Below are positions 27,520-37,456 of a stretch of 48,321 nucleotides of DNA, piece by piece (position 1 is the first letter of the stretch; each line of letters begins with the position of its first letter). The DNA comes from an uncultured bacterium. GTDB lineage: Bacteria > Fidelibacterota > Marinisomatia > Marinisomatales > UBA1611. Under the pieces are notes generated by a model. That model was not told where the DNA came from, did not search any database, and saw nothing but the letters and a program-made list of their open reading frames with translations. Location of the stretch: contig CALSPG010000009.1 in assembly GCA_943788175.1 (NCBI GenBank), positions 1 to 48,321 on the forward strand. Reading direction: 5' to 3'. A program made the translations under genes and the position numbers.

Positions 27520-29328
27520 GTGAAGATTACCAATAAAATAGAAAATTATATTGCTTGTACTATTTTTATCTTTTTGGTGGCCCTTCCATTCTCAGACTTA
27601 CTCATTCGAGAAATAATCCGTCCTTTTTTTACTGAATTTTCAAAAATACCAGCCTCGCAAACTCTTGTTTCGCATTTAACATTATTAATTGGCTTTAGTG
27701 GCGCAATAATAGCATCTAGACAGAATAAATTATTATCTTTATCAAATAGCTCATTATTTGATGCTCAACAAAATGGTTTTTTTGTCCATATATCAAGATG
27801 GGTATCGATATTTATAACATTTTTATTAATTGTTGGCAGTGCGGATTTAGTTTTAGTCGAACTATCATTTCAAAATCCTGCGTTCGTTGCTCCTAACTTA
27901 CCCCGATGGCTTTTTCAATCTGCGATACCAGCTGGGTTTTTTATTATTTTGATGCATTTATTACTCAAGATGAAAAGAAATATTTTTTCTTTTGGAGGAC
28001 TTATAACAATGCTTTTTATAATTGTTTTTTTGACTTCTCAGGACTCGATTAGAGAAAATTCATTTATACTAATGTTAAGTTCTTTTTTGCTTCTTTTATC
28101 AATTATTAAAGGAGCTCCAATATTTATAGTTTTATCTGGGTTTGGTATTCTGTTTTTCTGGTACGACTATGTTCCTATATCTGCAGTGATTGCTGAATCA
28201 TATCGGATAGTTGTGTCACCTCATTTAGCAACCATACCATTATTTACATTAGCCGGTTACTTTTTAGCTGAAAGTAAAGCTTCTGATAGGCTTATAAATG
28301 TTTTTAAAGCATCATTTGGATGGATGCCTGGTGGTACTCCGGTAATTGTACTTCTTATTTGTGGGTTTTTCACGGCTCTTACTGGGGGATCTGGCGTTAC
28401 TATTCTTGCTTTAGGTGGGCTTCTTTTTCCAATGCTATCAAAAGATGGTTATCGTAAAAACTTTTCTTTAGGATTAATTACTGCTTCTGGTTCAATCGGA
28501 CTACTTTTTCCTCCTAGTTTGCCCCTTATTCTTTATGGCGTGACGGCTGGGATATCAATAAAAAGTATATTTTTAGCAGGTATAATGCCTGGAATATTTT
28601 TAATAATTATTTTATCTGTTTGGTCTTATTTATCTGGAGCGGTAAAAGGAAATAAGAAAGAAATATTTAATGCTAGAAATGCCTTAGAAAGTTGTTGGGC
28701 GACTAAATGGGAATTATTTATTCCACTAATAGTACTTTATGGCATTTTTGGTGGACATGCTAAACTTGTAGAAACTGCTGCCTTTACCGTCGTTTATGTA
28801 TTTGTTGTTGAAACATTTATCTATAAAGATTTAAAGCTTCGAGAAATTCCATCAATTATAGTTTCATGTGCTACTTTGGTTGGTGGTGTATTAATCATTA
28901 TTGGTTCAGCTATGGGGCTTACTAGTTATATGGTAGATGCGCAGATTCCAATGACTATACTAGCATTCATGAAAGATATAGTCCATTCAAAATACCTTTT
29001 CCTTATCCTCTTAAACATCTTTCTTTTAATAATAGGCTGTTTAATGGATATTTTCAGTGCAATTATTATTGTTGTTCCGCTTATTGCACCATTAGGTATA
29101 CATTACGGTATAGATCCAATTCATTTAGCTATCATATTTATAGCAAACCTTGAGCTTGGGTACTTAACTCCTCCAGTTGGTATGAATTTGTTCTTATCAG
29201 CCTATAGATTTGAAGAAAAGATGCCGGTTATATATAAATCAACATTACCGTACTTTATCGTTCTTTTAATTGCTGTTCTTGTAATTACGTATTTTCCGCC
29301 TTTGACTCTTTGGCTCGTTAATCAGTAG
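27520..29328 (+). CDS. dctM: fused TRAP small+large permease (DctQM)
   Basis: IPLFTLAG, GSIGLLFPPS, TPPVGMNLF; extra ~170-aa hydrophobic N-terminal part. Confidence 0.92.
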   Translation: MKITNKIENYIACTIFIFLVALPFSDLLIREIIRPFFTEFSKIPASQTLVSHLTLLIGFSGAIIASRQNKLLSLSNSSLFDAQQNGFFVHISRWVSIFITFLLIVGSADLVLVELSFQNPAFVAPNLPRWLFQSAIPAGFFIILMHLLLKMKRNIFSFGGLITMLFIIVFLTSQDSIRENSFILMLSSFLLLLSIIKGAPIFIVLSGFGILFFWYDYVPISAVIAESYRIVVSPHLATIPLFTLAGYFLAESKASDRLINVFKASFGWMPGGTPVIVLLICGFFTALTGGSGVTILALGGLLFPMLSKDGYRKNFSLGLITASGSIGLLFPPSLPLILYGVTAGISIKSIFLAGIMPGIFLIIILSVWSYLSGAVKGNKKEIFNARNALESCWATKWELFIPLIVLYGIFGGHAKLVETAAFTVVYVFVVETFIYKDLKLREIPSIIVSCATLVGGVLIIIGSAMGLTSYMVDAQIPMTILAFMKDIVHSKYLFLILLNIFLLIIGCLMDIFSAIIIVVPLIAPLGIHYGIDPIHLAIIFIANLELGYLTPPVGMNLFLSAYRFEEKMPVIYKSTLPYFIVLLIAVLVITYFPPLTLWLVNQ

Positions 29329-29349
29329 AAAAAGGACGATAAACTTACC

Positions 29350-29379
29350 TTGACAGAACGTTGGTTGATTGAATATATT
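29350..29379 (+). promoter_or_regulatory. sigma70-type promoter of the porV-like operon
   Basis: TTGACA (29350-29355)-N18-TATATT (29374-29379). Confidence 0.6.
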
Positions 29380-29482
29380 CACTGTCCAATAATCAGGAGT
29401 ACTATTATTAAATAAACGCTATTTTTATCCTCATAAAATGAGGTCACATAATATTAAATTTACATTATCTAGGAGACTTCCA

Positions 29483-30835
29483 ATGAAGCGTTTTATCACT
29501 GTACTATTTGTACTTCAAATTTTTATTAATATTTTACCAGCTCAGAGCGAAGCTGGAGCAATTTTTCTTTTAATTGCGCCTGGTGCTAGAGCTGGCGGAA
29601 TGGGTGAAGCGCAGGTCGCCGTTGCTGATGATGCCTATGCTAGTTATTGGAATCCTGCAGGGCTTGGGTTTTTAAAAGGATCTGAAACAGCATTAATGCA
29701 CGTTAACTGGCTTCCTGGGTTAGCAGATGATATGTATTATGAGTTTTTAGGCTTTAGAAAGCATTATGATAAACTTGGTACTCTTGGTGGACATGTTATT
29801 TTTTTAAATTTAGGGGAGCAAGTTAGAACGAGTGAAATAGGCGAAGAATTAGGTACTTTTACTAGTTATATGACTGCTTTTTCACTTTCATATGGAGCTT
29901 TAATATCTGAAAAAAAATCATTCGGTATTAATGCAAAAATTTCTTATCAACATCTTGTGGAGATAGGGGCAGGAAGTGAAAAAGGAAAAGGAACTTCGCT
30001 AGACTTTGGTTTTGACTTTGGCTATTTACACAAGGACTGGTTAATCGATGATTTAACTTTTGGTTTTAACTTGTCAAATATTGGACCAAAAGTATCTTTT
30101 ATCGATCCCGACCAAGCTGATCCTCAGCCTACCAATCTAACCTTAGGGTTTAACTATGGTCTCGTTAAATCTGAATTTAACAAATTAAATATTGTCTATG
30201 ATGTTGACAAACTTCTCGTTGCTTCTTATCCTGATATGGATTGGGATGATAACGGGTATATAGGTGGATATGATGAGGATGGTAATCAGAGCCCTGGGAA
30301 TGATTACAATAAAGAAGGGCAAATAGAAATTGCTCATACAGATCCAATTTACTTAGCATTGTTTACTTCTTGGGTTGATGATTGGTTCCTCGGTGGGGAT
30401 ATTGATAAAGCAGTTTCAGGAGAATATGGTGATAAAGTAATTGGTGGTTGGAATTGGGATGAGTCAATGGATGTAAATGGTAATAATGAGCCGGACGCAA
30501 ATGAGATGGTGCAAACCGGTAATATAAACCCAGGTGATGATGGTTGGGGTACATATAATGAATGGGGCCAGAAAGAAGTTGGTAATAGTGATGATCGAAG
30601 TTTATCGGATGAGTTAGATAAATTGGTCCATAATTTTGGATTAGAATACTGGTATGGCGAATATTTTGCTATAAGAACTGGTTATTACTATGATAAAACT
30701 GGAAAAATTAGTAACCCTACTTTTGGAATTGGCCTTCGATTTGCTGGTTACGGTTTTGATTTTGGATACACTTACGGAGAACCAGGACACCCATTAACGA
30801 ATACTATGAGATTTTCACTTAATATGGAATATTAG
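29483..30835 (+). CDS. PorV/PorQ-family outer-membrane barrel with acidic insertion
   Basis: FLLIAPGARAGGMGEA..YWNPAGL, NIGPK, FAIRTGY, LTNTMRFSL; start ATG 29483 with AGGAG. Confidence 0.88.
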   Translation: MKRFITVLFVLQIFINILPAQSEAGAIFLLIAPGARAGGMGEAQVAVADDAYASYWNPAGLGFLKGSETALMHVNWLPGLADDMYYEFLGFRKHYDKLGTLGGHVIFLNLGEQVRTSEIGEELGTFTSYMTAFSLSYGALISEKKSFGINAKISYQHLVEIGAGSEKGKGTSLDFGFDFGYLHKDWLIDDLTFGFNLSNIGPKVSFIDPDQADPQPTNLTLGFNYGLVKSEFNKLNIVYDVDKLLVASYPDMDWDDNGYIGGYDEDGNQSPGNDYNKEGQIEIAHTDPIYLALFTSWVDDWFLGGDIDKAVSGEYGDKVIGGWNWDESMDVNGNNEPDANEMVQTGNINPGDDGWGTYNEWGQKEVGNSDDRSLSDELDKLVHNFGLEYWYGEYFAIRTGYYYDKTGKISNPTFGIGLRFAGYGFDFGYTYGEPGHPLTNTMRFSLNMEY

Positions 30836-30843
30836 TTTTTCTT

Positions 30844-33627
30844 GTGAAACTCAGTTTTTTTAAAAGTCTGATCATTCCGGTAGTCAGCTTAAACTTCTTT
30901 ATTAATGCAGAAATTATTGGTGACCTTAAGGTTTGTGCTTTAATGGTAGAATTTCAAGTCGATTCCACAGAGAGCACAACGGGTGATGGTACATTTCTTC
31001 AATCAATAGAGGGTATAGATTGCGATTTATATCACATAGATGCTCCTCCTCATAACAATAGTTACTTTCATTCTCAACTTAAAGCGACAAACAACTATTT
31101 TAGATCTTCTTCATATGGAAAATTTGGTTTAGATATGGTTTCAAGTAGCATTATGCCTTTAAATAATTCTACCTATACGTTACCTAATGAAATGTCTTAT
31201 TATTATCCATACAATCAAGACAGTTTAGCTGAAGTGAGATTAGTGGAACTTTATGAACAATCTTTACGCGTTGCTTATGCTATTGATGAAATAGATTTCT
31301 CTAACTATGATTTAGTTTTAGTATTCCATGCTGGTATAGGTCAAGACTTTTCATTACCATTTTTAGACCCAACTCCTGAAGATATTCCTTCTACTTTTAT
31401 TGATTCTGAAATGATTGAATTAGCTACAGGTACCATTGGCATTGCCATTGGAAATACAGTCCTAAGTAAAGGTATAATTCTTCCTGAATCCCAAAACCAT
31501 TTAAATTTTGATATTTCCAGCTCGATGTTTGCTGGTGAGCCAGATCCTTGTGATTATCAATTTGGTTTAAATGGAACACTCTCGCTAATGATTGGATTTG
31601 CTATAGGTCTTCCTCCATTGTGGGATATTGAAAATGGTAAGAGTAGAATTGGAGTTTTTGGATTGATGGACCAAGGTTCTAATAATGGCAGGGGTTTAAT
31701 ACCTTCTCCTCCAGATCCCTGGTCAAGAGTCTATGCAGGTTGGGAGACTCCTAACACTATATCATCAAGTTCTCAGGTATCATTGCCTAAGAGAAGCGAA
31801 AATAATTTAATCAAAGTTGATATAAACGAATTTGAATATTTTATGATTGAAAATCGTAACAATCATTTTAAACCAGGAATAAGCATAGATTCAATAAGAT
31901 ACAAAATGTATCAAGATACCAATAATTACCCCTCATTTATTAAAAGCTTAGTTGACTCTGTAGAAATTGAAAAAGATGAAAATGGTGTTCTTGTTAAACT
32001 CCCTAATTATGATTTAGGTCTTCCTGCATCAGGTTTACTTATTTGGCACATTGATGAAAGAATAATCAGTACAGGTATTAATTCATATGAGATTAATAAA
32101 GACCTAAACCGACTAGGTGTGGATTTAGAGGAATCTGATGGTGCTCAGGACATAGGATTTGATTCGTTTTTTATGTTTGATGACCCCTCAGCTGGTTATT
32201 TTGGAGATATGTGGTTTGCAGAAAACCAAGAATACTATAGGGCAAATCCTCAAAACGAGGGTCTTTTGCCGGTATTTAATTCACAAACCTATCCTAATAC
32301 AAATTCAAATGATGGTTCAAATAGTTATTTCTCTTTTGAAAATATTAGTTCTGCTAAAGATACAATCTCTTTTAGTGTTTATAACTTTTTAAAACCATAT
32401 GGTTTTAGAGATACTAGTTCTTTTTACAGATTGGGGATTAGGCCTGAGGGCTTCGAAAATAATATTATAGTTGGAGGTATTGATTCAATCTGGTTTATAT
32501 CAAATTTTGGTAATACTTCAAAAAAATATTTTCATAAAATAAATTCAAACGAGTTGACTATTGGATTTTCAAAAGTAAATGATGATTTCTATTTAGAGAT
32601 TTTTGAATATAATGGCAATAGCACTTCAAAAATAAATTATAAGTTTTCTGATTCTTTTGAAAAACTAGAATTTTCTAGTTTGTTAAATTTTGATTCGTTG
32701 ATATATCCTATTTATAGTGATGATTTTTCAAGTGTTTCTTATTTAAATAAAAAACAATGGGATTCGCATAAAAATAGTGTGTTTGATAAAAACTATTCAT
32801 ACGCGTTGGACAGGGATAATGGATATCTATTTAGTTATAGAGCTGATAACATAGAAAATTTGTTTATCGATGATATATCGACTGCTTCTTTAATTGGTAT
32901 TGACATTTCATTAAATGCTAGGTTGAATGCTTTAGTCGTTGGTAATGGTGGTTCCATAACAGCATATGATAACAGTCTCCATGTAATGGCTGGGTTTCCT
33001 TTAAATAAAAAATCCTCTGGTAAAGTATTAGCAAAAGATATACTCGGTAATGATTATCCTGAAATCATTGTTAAATCTTTAGATTCGAGTAAAATTTTTA
33101 TTTTTGATTACAAAGGAGTTCTTTTACAATCTATTTCTAGTTCAAAAAATGATGATATAATGTTTCTTCATACAATTAATCAAAAAAACCATCTTTTTAC
33201 TAAATATAGTGTTTTTGTTTTTGATGAAGAAATTAATGATAGTGGTAATAGTTGGGCTAATTTAAATGGTGACATTAGAAACTCAAGAAAATTAGAATTA
33301 AACTATAGTCCTACATCTAATAGTAATGATTTGATTTTAAGAGCATATTGCTATCCAAATCCGATCAAGTATGTATCGAACTCTAAGATTAGAGTTGAAA
33401 CATATGATGCTAAAAGTATTGCCTTAAAGGTTTATGATTCAAATGGGATATTTGTGGATGAATTTTCAAATTATATTCAATCTGAGGGAACTCAAATATC
33501 AGAATGGAACTTCGATATTACAAATCTCGAATCAGGTATCTATTTTGGTCACTTGGATGTCAAACCAATGGAGTCCAGTGGTACAAAAAATGCTCAAACA
33601 TTAATTAAAATTGCAGTTATAAAATGA
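30844..33627 (+). CDS. M6 (immune inhibitor A)-like protein lacking zinc ligands, with T9SS type A-like C-terminal domain
   Basis: SYGK, FHAG, GLMDQGS, EYFMIENR, GLLIWHID, DLEESDG M6 motifs; YPNP..VYD..G..SGIYF..KIAVIK tail. Confidence 0.8.
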   Translation: MKLSFFKSLIIPVVSLNFFINAEIIGDLKVCALMVEFQVDSTESTTGDGTFLQSIEGIDCDLYHIDAPPHNNSYFHSQLKATNNYFRSSSYGKFGLDMVSSSIMPLNNSTYTLPNEMSYYYPYNQDSLAEVRLVELYEQSLRVAYAIDEIDFSNYDLVLVFHAGIGQDFSLPFLDPTPEDIPSTFIDSEMIELATGTIGIAIGNTVLSKGIILPESQNHLNFDISSSMFAGEPDPCDYQFGLNGTLSLMIGFAIGLPPLWDIENGKSRIGVFGLMDQGSNNGRGLIPSPPDPWSRVYAGWETPNTISSSSQVSLPKRSENNLIKVDINEFEYFMIENRNNHFKPGISIDSIRYKMYQDTNNYPSFIKSLVDSVEIEKDENGVLVKLPNYDLGLPASGLLIWHIDERIISTGINSYEINKDLNRLGVDLEESDGAQDIGFDSFFMFDDPSAGYFGDMWFAENQEYYRANPQNEGLLPVFNSQTYPNTNSNDGSNSYFSFENISSAKDTISFSVYNFLKPYGFRDTSSFYRLGIRPEGFENNIIVGGIDSIWFISNFGNTSKKYFHKINSNELTIGFSKVNDDFYLEIFEYNGNSTSKINYKFSDSFEKLEFSSLLNFDSLIYPIYSDDFSSVSYLNKKQWDSHKNSVFDKNYSYALDRDNGYLFSYRADNIENLFIDDISTASLIGIDISLNARLNALVVGNGGSITAYDNSLHVMAGFPLNKKSSGKVLAKDILGNDYPEIIVKSLDSSKIFIFDYKGVLLQSISSSKNDDIMFLHTINQKNHLFTKYSVFVFDEEINDSGNSWANLNGDIRNSRKLELNYSPTSNSNDLILRAYCYPNPIKYVSNSKIRVETYDAKSIALKVYDSNGIFVDEFSNYIQSEGTQISEWNFDITNLESGIYFGHLDVKPMESSGTKNAQTLIKIAVIK

Positions 33628-36575
33628 TATTCATTCTATCTGTTATTTTTGCTTTTCAAGCTACTTTGAATGGCCAAGCGAAGTATAACCATCCAGAGCT
33701 AAATTGGTATACTTTTGAAACCGAAAATTTTAAAATACATTATCACGAAGAGACTGAGATTTCTGCAAGAGAGGCGGCTACTGTTGCTGAGGTGGTTTTC
33801 CCTAAAATAACTTCATTTTATGACTTTTCCCCTGAAAGTAAAACAGATATAATATTAAAAGATACTGATGACTACTCCAATGGAGCGGCTTATTACTATG
33901 ATAATAAAATTGTTATTTGGGCGACTCCTTTAAACTTTGAGTTAAGAGGTAGTCATAGGTGGTTACAGAATGTCATTACCCATGAATTTGCTCATATTGT
34001 CTCACTGCAAAAATCAATGAAAATGGGTAATAAAATTCCCGGGGCTTATTTACAGTTTATGGGGTTTGAAAAAGAAAAAAGAAAAGATGTTTTGTACGGT
34101 TTCCCAAATAGGCTGGTGAGTTACCCTATTCCAGCAACAGTTGTTCCCCCTTGGCTAGCTGAGGGGTCTGCGCAGTATATGTATGATGGTGCTGATTGGG
34201 ATCATTGGGACACTCACAGGGATATGATTTTGAGAGATAGAGCGCTTAACGATAAACTACTTTCATTTAATGAAATGAATACGTTTGGTAAAAAAGGTAT
34301 TGGTAATGAATCAACTTATAATTCTGGGTTCGCTCTTTCTAGATATATAGCTTATAAATACGGTTCAAATGTTATTAAAGATGTGATGCAAGAACTGTCA
34401 AACCCTTTACAGTATTCAATAAATGATGCCTTTTATAATGTTATAGATGTTGATGGGGAAGTCATTTATAATGACTTCATCTTGACACTTAAAGAAAGAT
34501 ATGAAAAACTTTCAAGTCCCATTGACGTAAATAAGACAACACCAAATATTATTGCAGGTAAAGGTACAACAAATATGTTTCCGGTATGGGCTCCCGACAC
34601 TAATGTTTTTGCATATCTAAGCAATAAGGGAAATGACTTTTTTGGGCAAACAGATCTATATATTTTAAATTTAGATGATAATAATGAAAAAAAGATTTCG
34701 GGATCTGTTTACTCTGCTCCAACATGGCATCCAGATGGATTGCATATTTATTATAGTAAAAAGCCTATGTTCCCAGATAAAAATGGGTCTAGATACTATG
34801 ATATTTATGAATACAATCTATCTTCAGAAAAAGAAAAAAGACTTACGAATGGTGCAAGGTCTATTTCTCCCGTCTTTATTAAATCTGATAGTAGTATTGC
34901 ATTTATTGCAACAAAAGATGGAGCGCAGGATATTTATATTTACGATTTGAAGAATAAAGAAATAATTCAGATTACTGATTTTAATAATAGGCCCATTATT
35001 AGTAGTCTGAATTTTAACAAATATGACAATAGTCTCTATTTCGATATATCAACACATCATTACAGGGATATAGGAAAAATTTCGTTGAATGATACAACGT
35101 TTAATATGGTGCTTAGTAATGATTTATGGGATGAGCGTAATATCACTTTTAGTAATAATGGTTCTGTTATATATGCTGATGATAAAAGTGGGATTTTTAA
35201 TCTTTATCTAATCGATGAGAAAAATAAAAAACAAGGTTATGTGACAAACGTTCTTGGTGGTGCCTTTATGCCAAGTATGAACCAAAATGGAAGGTTAATA
35301 TACTCGCTATATCACGATGGTGCGTATAAAATTGCATTGATCGATACACTGGCAATAATTGAGGATGATTTAGTTGGCTATGCAAACAACTATTATCAAA
35401 AAAATGCAAACCTAACTGCTCCTATTACTAAGCTTGATACATCAGAGGCTCACAAGTATGTAGATCAATTTCCAAACATGTTTTTAATGCCAAAATTAAT
35501 GTATGAATATGGTACCGCTAAGCCAGGGTTTTATTTTTATTCAAGTGAGATTTTAGAGAGGTTAAGTTTATTTGGAGGTATGTCACTAAATAGTCGAATG
35601 GATGCAGACTTGTTCTTCATTTTTGAGTTTAATCGGTTTTACCCAACAGTCTTCTTTGAAACGTTTTACCTCACACGAAATACTTCAGATCGGACTAGAT
35701 ATCAAGACATTTATGAAATAGATAGTGATATTAAATTTAGAATGCTCCTTTTTCGCCCTGGAATAAAATTTCCTTTATATGGTAGCACTATCGAAATATT
35801 TAGTTCGTTTCAACGATACAGAGCATTTGTTAAAGAATCACTGCCTATGGAGAATATCGAAGCAGGAGTAGCCTACGATTACTACAAGGGGATTTCATTG
35901 AATTTCGATTGGAAATTAAATGTAATTAAACCTCGACTTGACGGAAGTATAAATCCGTCAAATGGCTTTATTTTAGCTGCAAAACTAGATTTTGAAAAAA
36001 ATAATTTTATTGATGGTCTTGATTTGTCAGATGCTGGCACATTGGTTGAAGATTTTAAAAATAATGATTTAACTCGTGTTCAGGGTGAATTAACCTATCA
36101 TTATGAAATACCTTGGGTCGAGAGATTAACAACGAGTCTGCACTTGAGTGGTGGATATATGTCAAATGCAAAAGTTGATTCATTCTTTCATTTTTTTAAT
36201 GGCGGTATGAGCGGTCTTAAAGGTTATCCTTTTTATGGTATTGAAGGAACAAAATCTGCTTTGATTGATTTAACTGTAAGGCTTCCCATTTTTCGTGAAG
36301 AGCATATAAAATTAGGTTGGTTTATTATGCAGAATAGTGTCTTGGGAGCAGTTTTTCAAATCGGTGATGCTTGGAGAGAAAAAAATGATCAAATGTGGAA
36401 AAAATCTATTGGTCTTCAATGGCGTATTAATGGTTTCTCATTTTATAATTATCCAACAGCAATTGAATTAGAAATTCATAGAGGCTTAACTAAATTTGAA
36501 AGAGTAATAAAAGGAGATTCATACTCTTATGGTAAAGAAAACAGAACATATTTTAAATTATTATTTGATTTTTAA
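33624..36575 (+). CDS. zinc peptidase (MA-like) + PD40/TolB-like propeller + Omp85-like beta-barrel
   Basis: THEFAH and WLAEGSAQY; PVWAPD and PTWHPDG repeats; PSNG, GG..GLKGY; C-terminal F. Confidence 0.8.
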   Translation: MIFILSVIFAFQATLNGQAKYNHPELNWYTFETENFKIHYHEETEISAREAATVAEVVFPKITSFYDFSPESKTDIILKDTDDYSNGAAYYYDNKIVIWATPLNFELRGSHRWLQNVITHEFAHIVSLQKSMKMGNKIPGAYLQFMGFEKEKRKDVLYGFPNRLVSYPIPATVVPPWLAEGSAQYMYDGADWDHWDTHRDMILRDRALNDKLLSFNEMNTFGKKGIGNESTYNSGFALSRYIAYKYGSNVIKDVMQELSNPLQYSINDAFYNVIDVDGEVIYNDFILTLKERYEKLSSPIDVNKTTPNIIAGKGTTNMFPVWAPDTNVFAYLSNKGNDFFGQTDLYILNLDDNNEKKISGSVYSAPTWHPDGLHIYYSKKPMFPDKNGSRYYDIYEYNLSSEKEKRLTNGARSISPVFIKSDSSIAFIATKDGAQDIYIYDLKNKEIIQITDFNNRPIISSLNFNKYDNSLYFDISTHHYRDIGKISLNDTTFNMVLSNDLWDERNITFSNNGSVIYADDKSGIFNLYLIDEKNKKQGYVTNVLGGAFMPSMNQNGRLIYSLYHDGAYKIALIDTLAIIEDDLVGYANNYYQKNANLTAPITKLDTSEAHKYVDQFPNMFLMPKLMYEYGTAKPGFYFYSSEILERLSLFGGMSLNSRMDADLFFIFEFNRFYPTVFFETFYLTRNTSDRTRYQDIYEIDSDIKFRMLLFRPGIKFPLYGSTIEIFSSFQRYRAFVKESLPMENIEAGVAYDYYKGISLNFDWKLNVIKPRLDGSINPSNGFILAAKLDFEKNNFIDGLDLSDAGTLVEDFKNNDLTRVQGELTYHYEIPWVERLTTSLHLSGGYMSNAKVDSFFHFFNGGMSGLKGYPFYGIEGTKSALIDLTVRLPIFREEHIKLGWFIMQNSVLGAVFQIGDAWREKNDQMWKKSIGLQWRINGFSFYNYPTAIELEIHRGLTKFERVIKGDSYSYGKENRTYFKLLFDF

Positions 36576-37455
36576 ATTAGCGTTATTGACAGTTTTAATA
36601 ATGCCTATCGCTGGGCAAGATACTTCGAAAGTAATTGTTAAAAACGATTCTACTTTTTATCCAGGTAAGCCACTAATAATGTCCTTATTGATACCAGGAT
36701 TAGGCCAGGTTTATAATAAGGAACCGCTCTGGAAACCAAGTCTTTTTATAGCGACTGAAATAGTCAGTATTACAAGCATATTTTACGCAAACAAAAAAGC
36801 AGATGAAATTAGACTTGATTACCAAAAGTTTGCGGATGAGAATTGGAATATTCAAAATTGGTGGAACTTTACTCAATCAGGACCTACAACAGTTGAAAAC
36901 AACGGACTATATTTTACGGATAATAAATTAAAGGCAATGAGAGATTATGTAGGTACACATCATCTAACTGTTCACCTAAAGGGTGATCTCGTCAACTTAT
37001 TTAATACGGAATTTTTAACATCAGATAGTCTTTCCCTCTTGTCTAGTTATCTTGATAGCGATGATGTTACAATGGTTAAAGATAGGCACTATTACGAAAA
37101 TATTGGCAAGTATGATCAGTTCGTTGGAGGTTGGTCTGATGTCGCTACTGATTGGTATTGGGAAGAAAAAGATGTTGGTGATAGTACTGAGATCGTTATT
37201 AAAACACCTAATAAACAAAGTTATCTTGATGAGCGTTATAAATCAAATCAATGGTTATCTTTTGCTAAATTTAGTGTGAGCGCAATGATGTTTAATCATG
37301 TAATAAGCGGGTTAGAAGCTGTCTACGCTAACAGAATTAATAAAAACAATAAAACTCGAAAGGATTCTAAGGATATTAACCTTGATTTAGGCTTGTTATT
37401 TAATCCAAGTAACAAGACTGGTATAGGTGGTTTGTCCTTTAGACTTAATTTTTAA
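36529..37455 (+). CDS. DUF5683-like membrane protein
   Basis: SLLIPGLGQVYN, YYENIGKYDQFVGGW, NHVISGLEA, terminal strand LSFRLNF; start uncertain (36529 or 36565). Confidence 0.65.
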   Translation: MVKKTEHILNYYLIFKLALLTVLIMPIAGQDTSKVIVKNDSTFYPGKPLIMSLLIPGLGQVYNKEPLWKPSLFIATEIVSITSIFYANKKADEIRLDYQKFADENWNIQNWWNFTQSGPTTVENNGLYFTDNKLKAMRDYVGTHHLTVHLKGDLVNLFNTEFLTSDSLSLLSSYLDSDDVTMVKDRHYYENIGKYDQFVGGWSDVATDWYWEEKDVGDSTEIVIKTPNKQSYLDERYKSNQWLSFAKFSVSAMMFNHVISGLEAVYANRINKNNKTRKDSKDINLDLGLLFNPSNKTGIGGLSFRLNF

Positions 37456-37456
37456 A

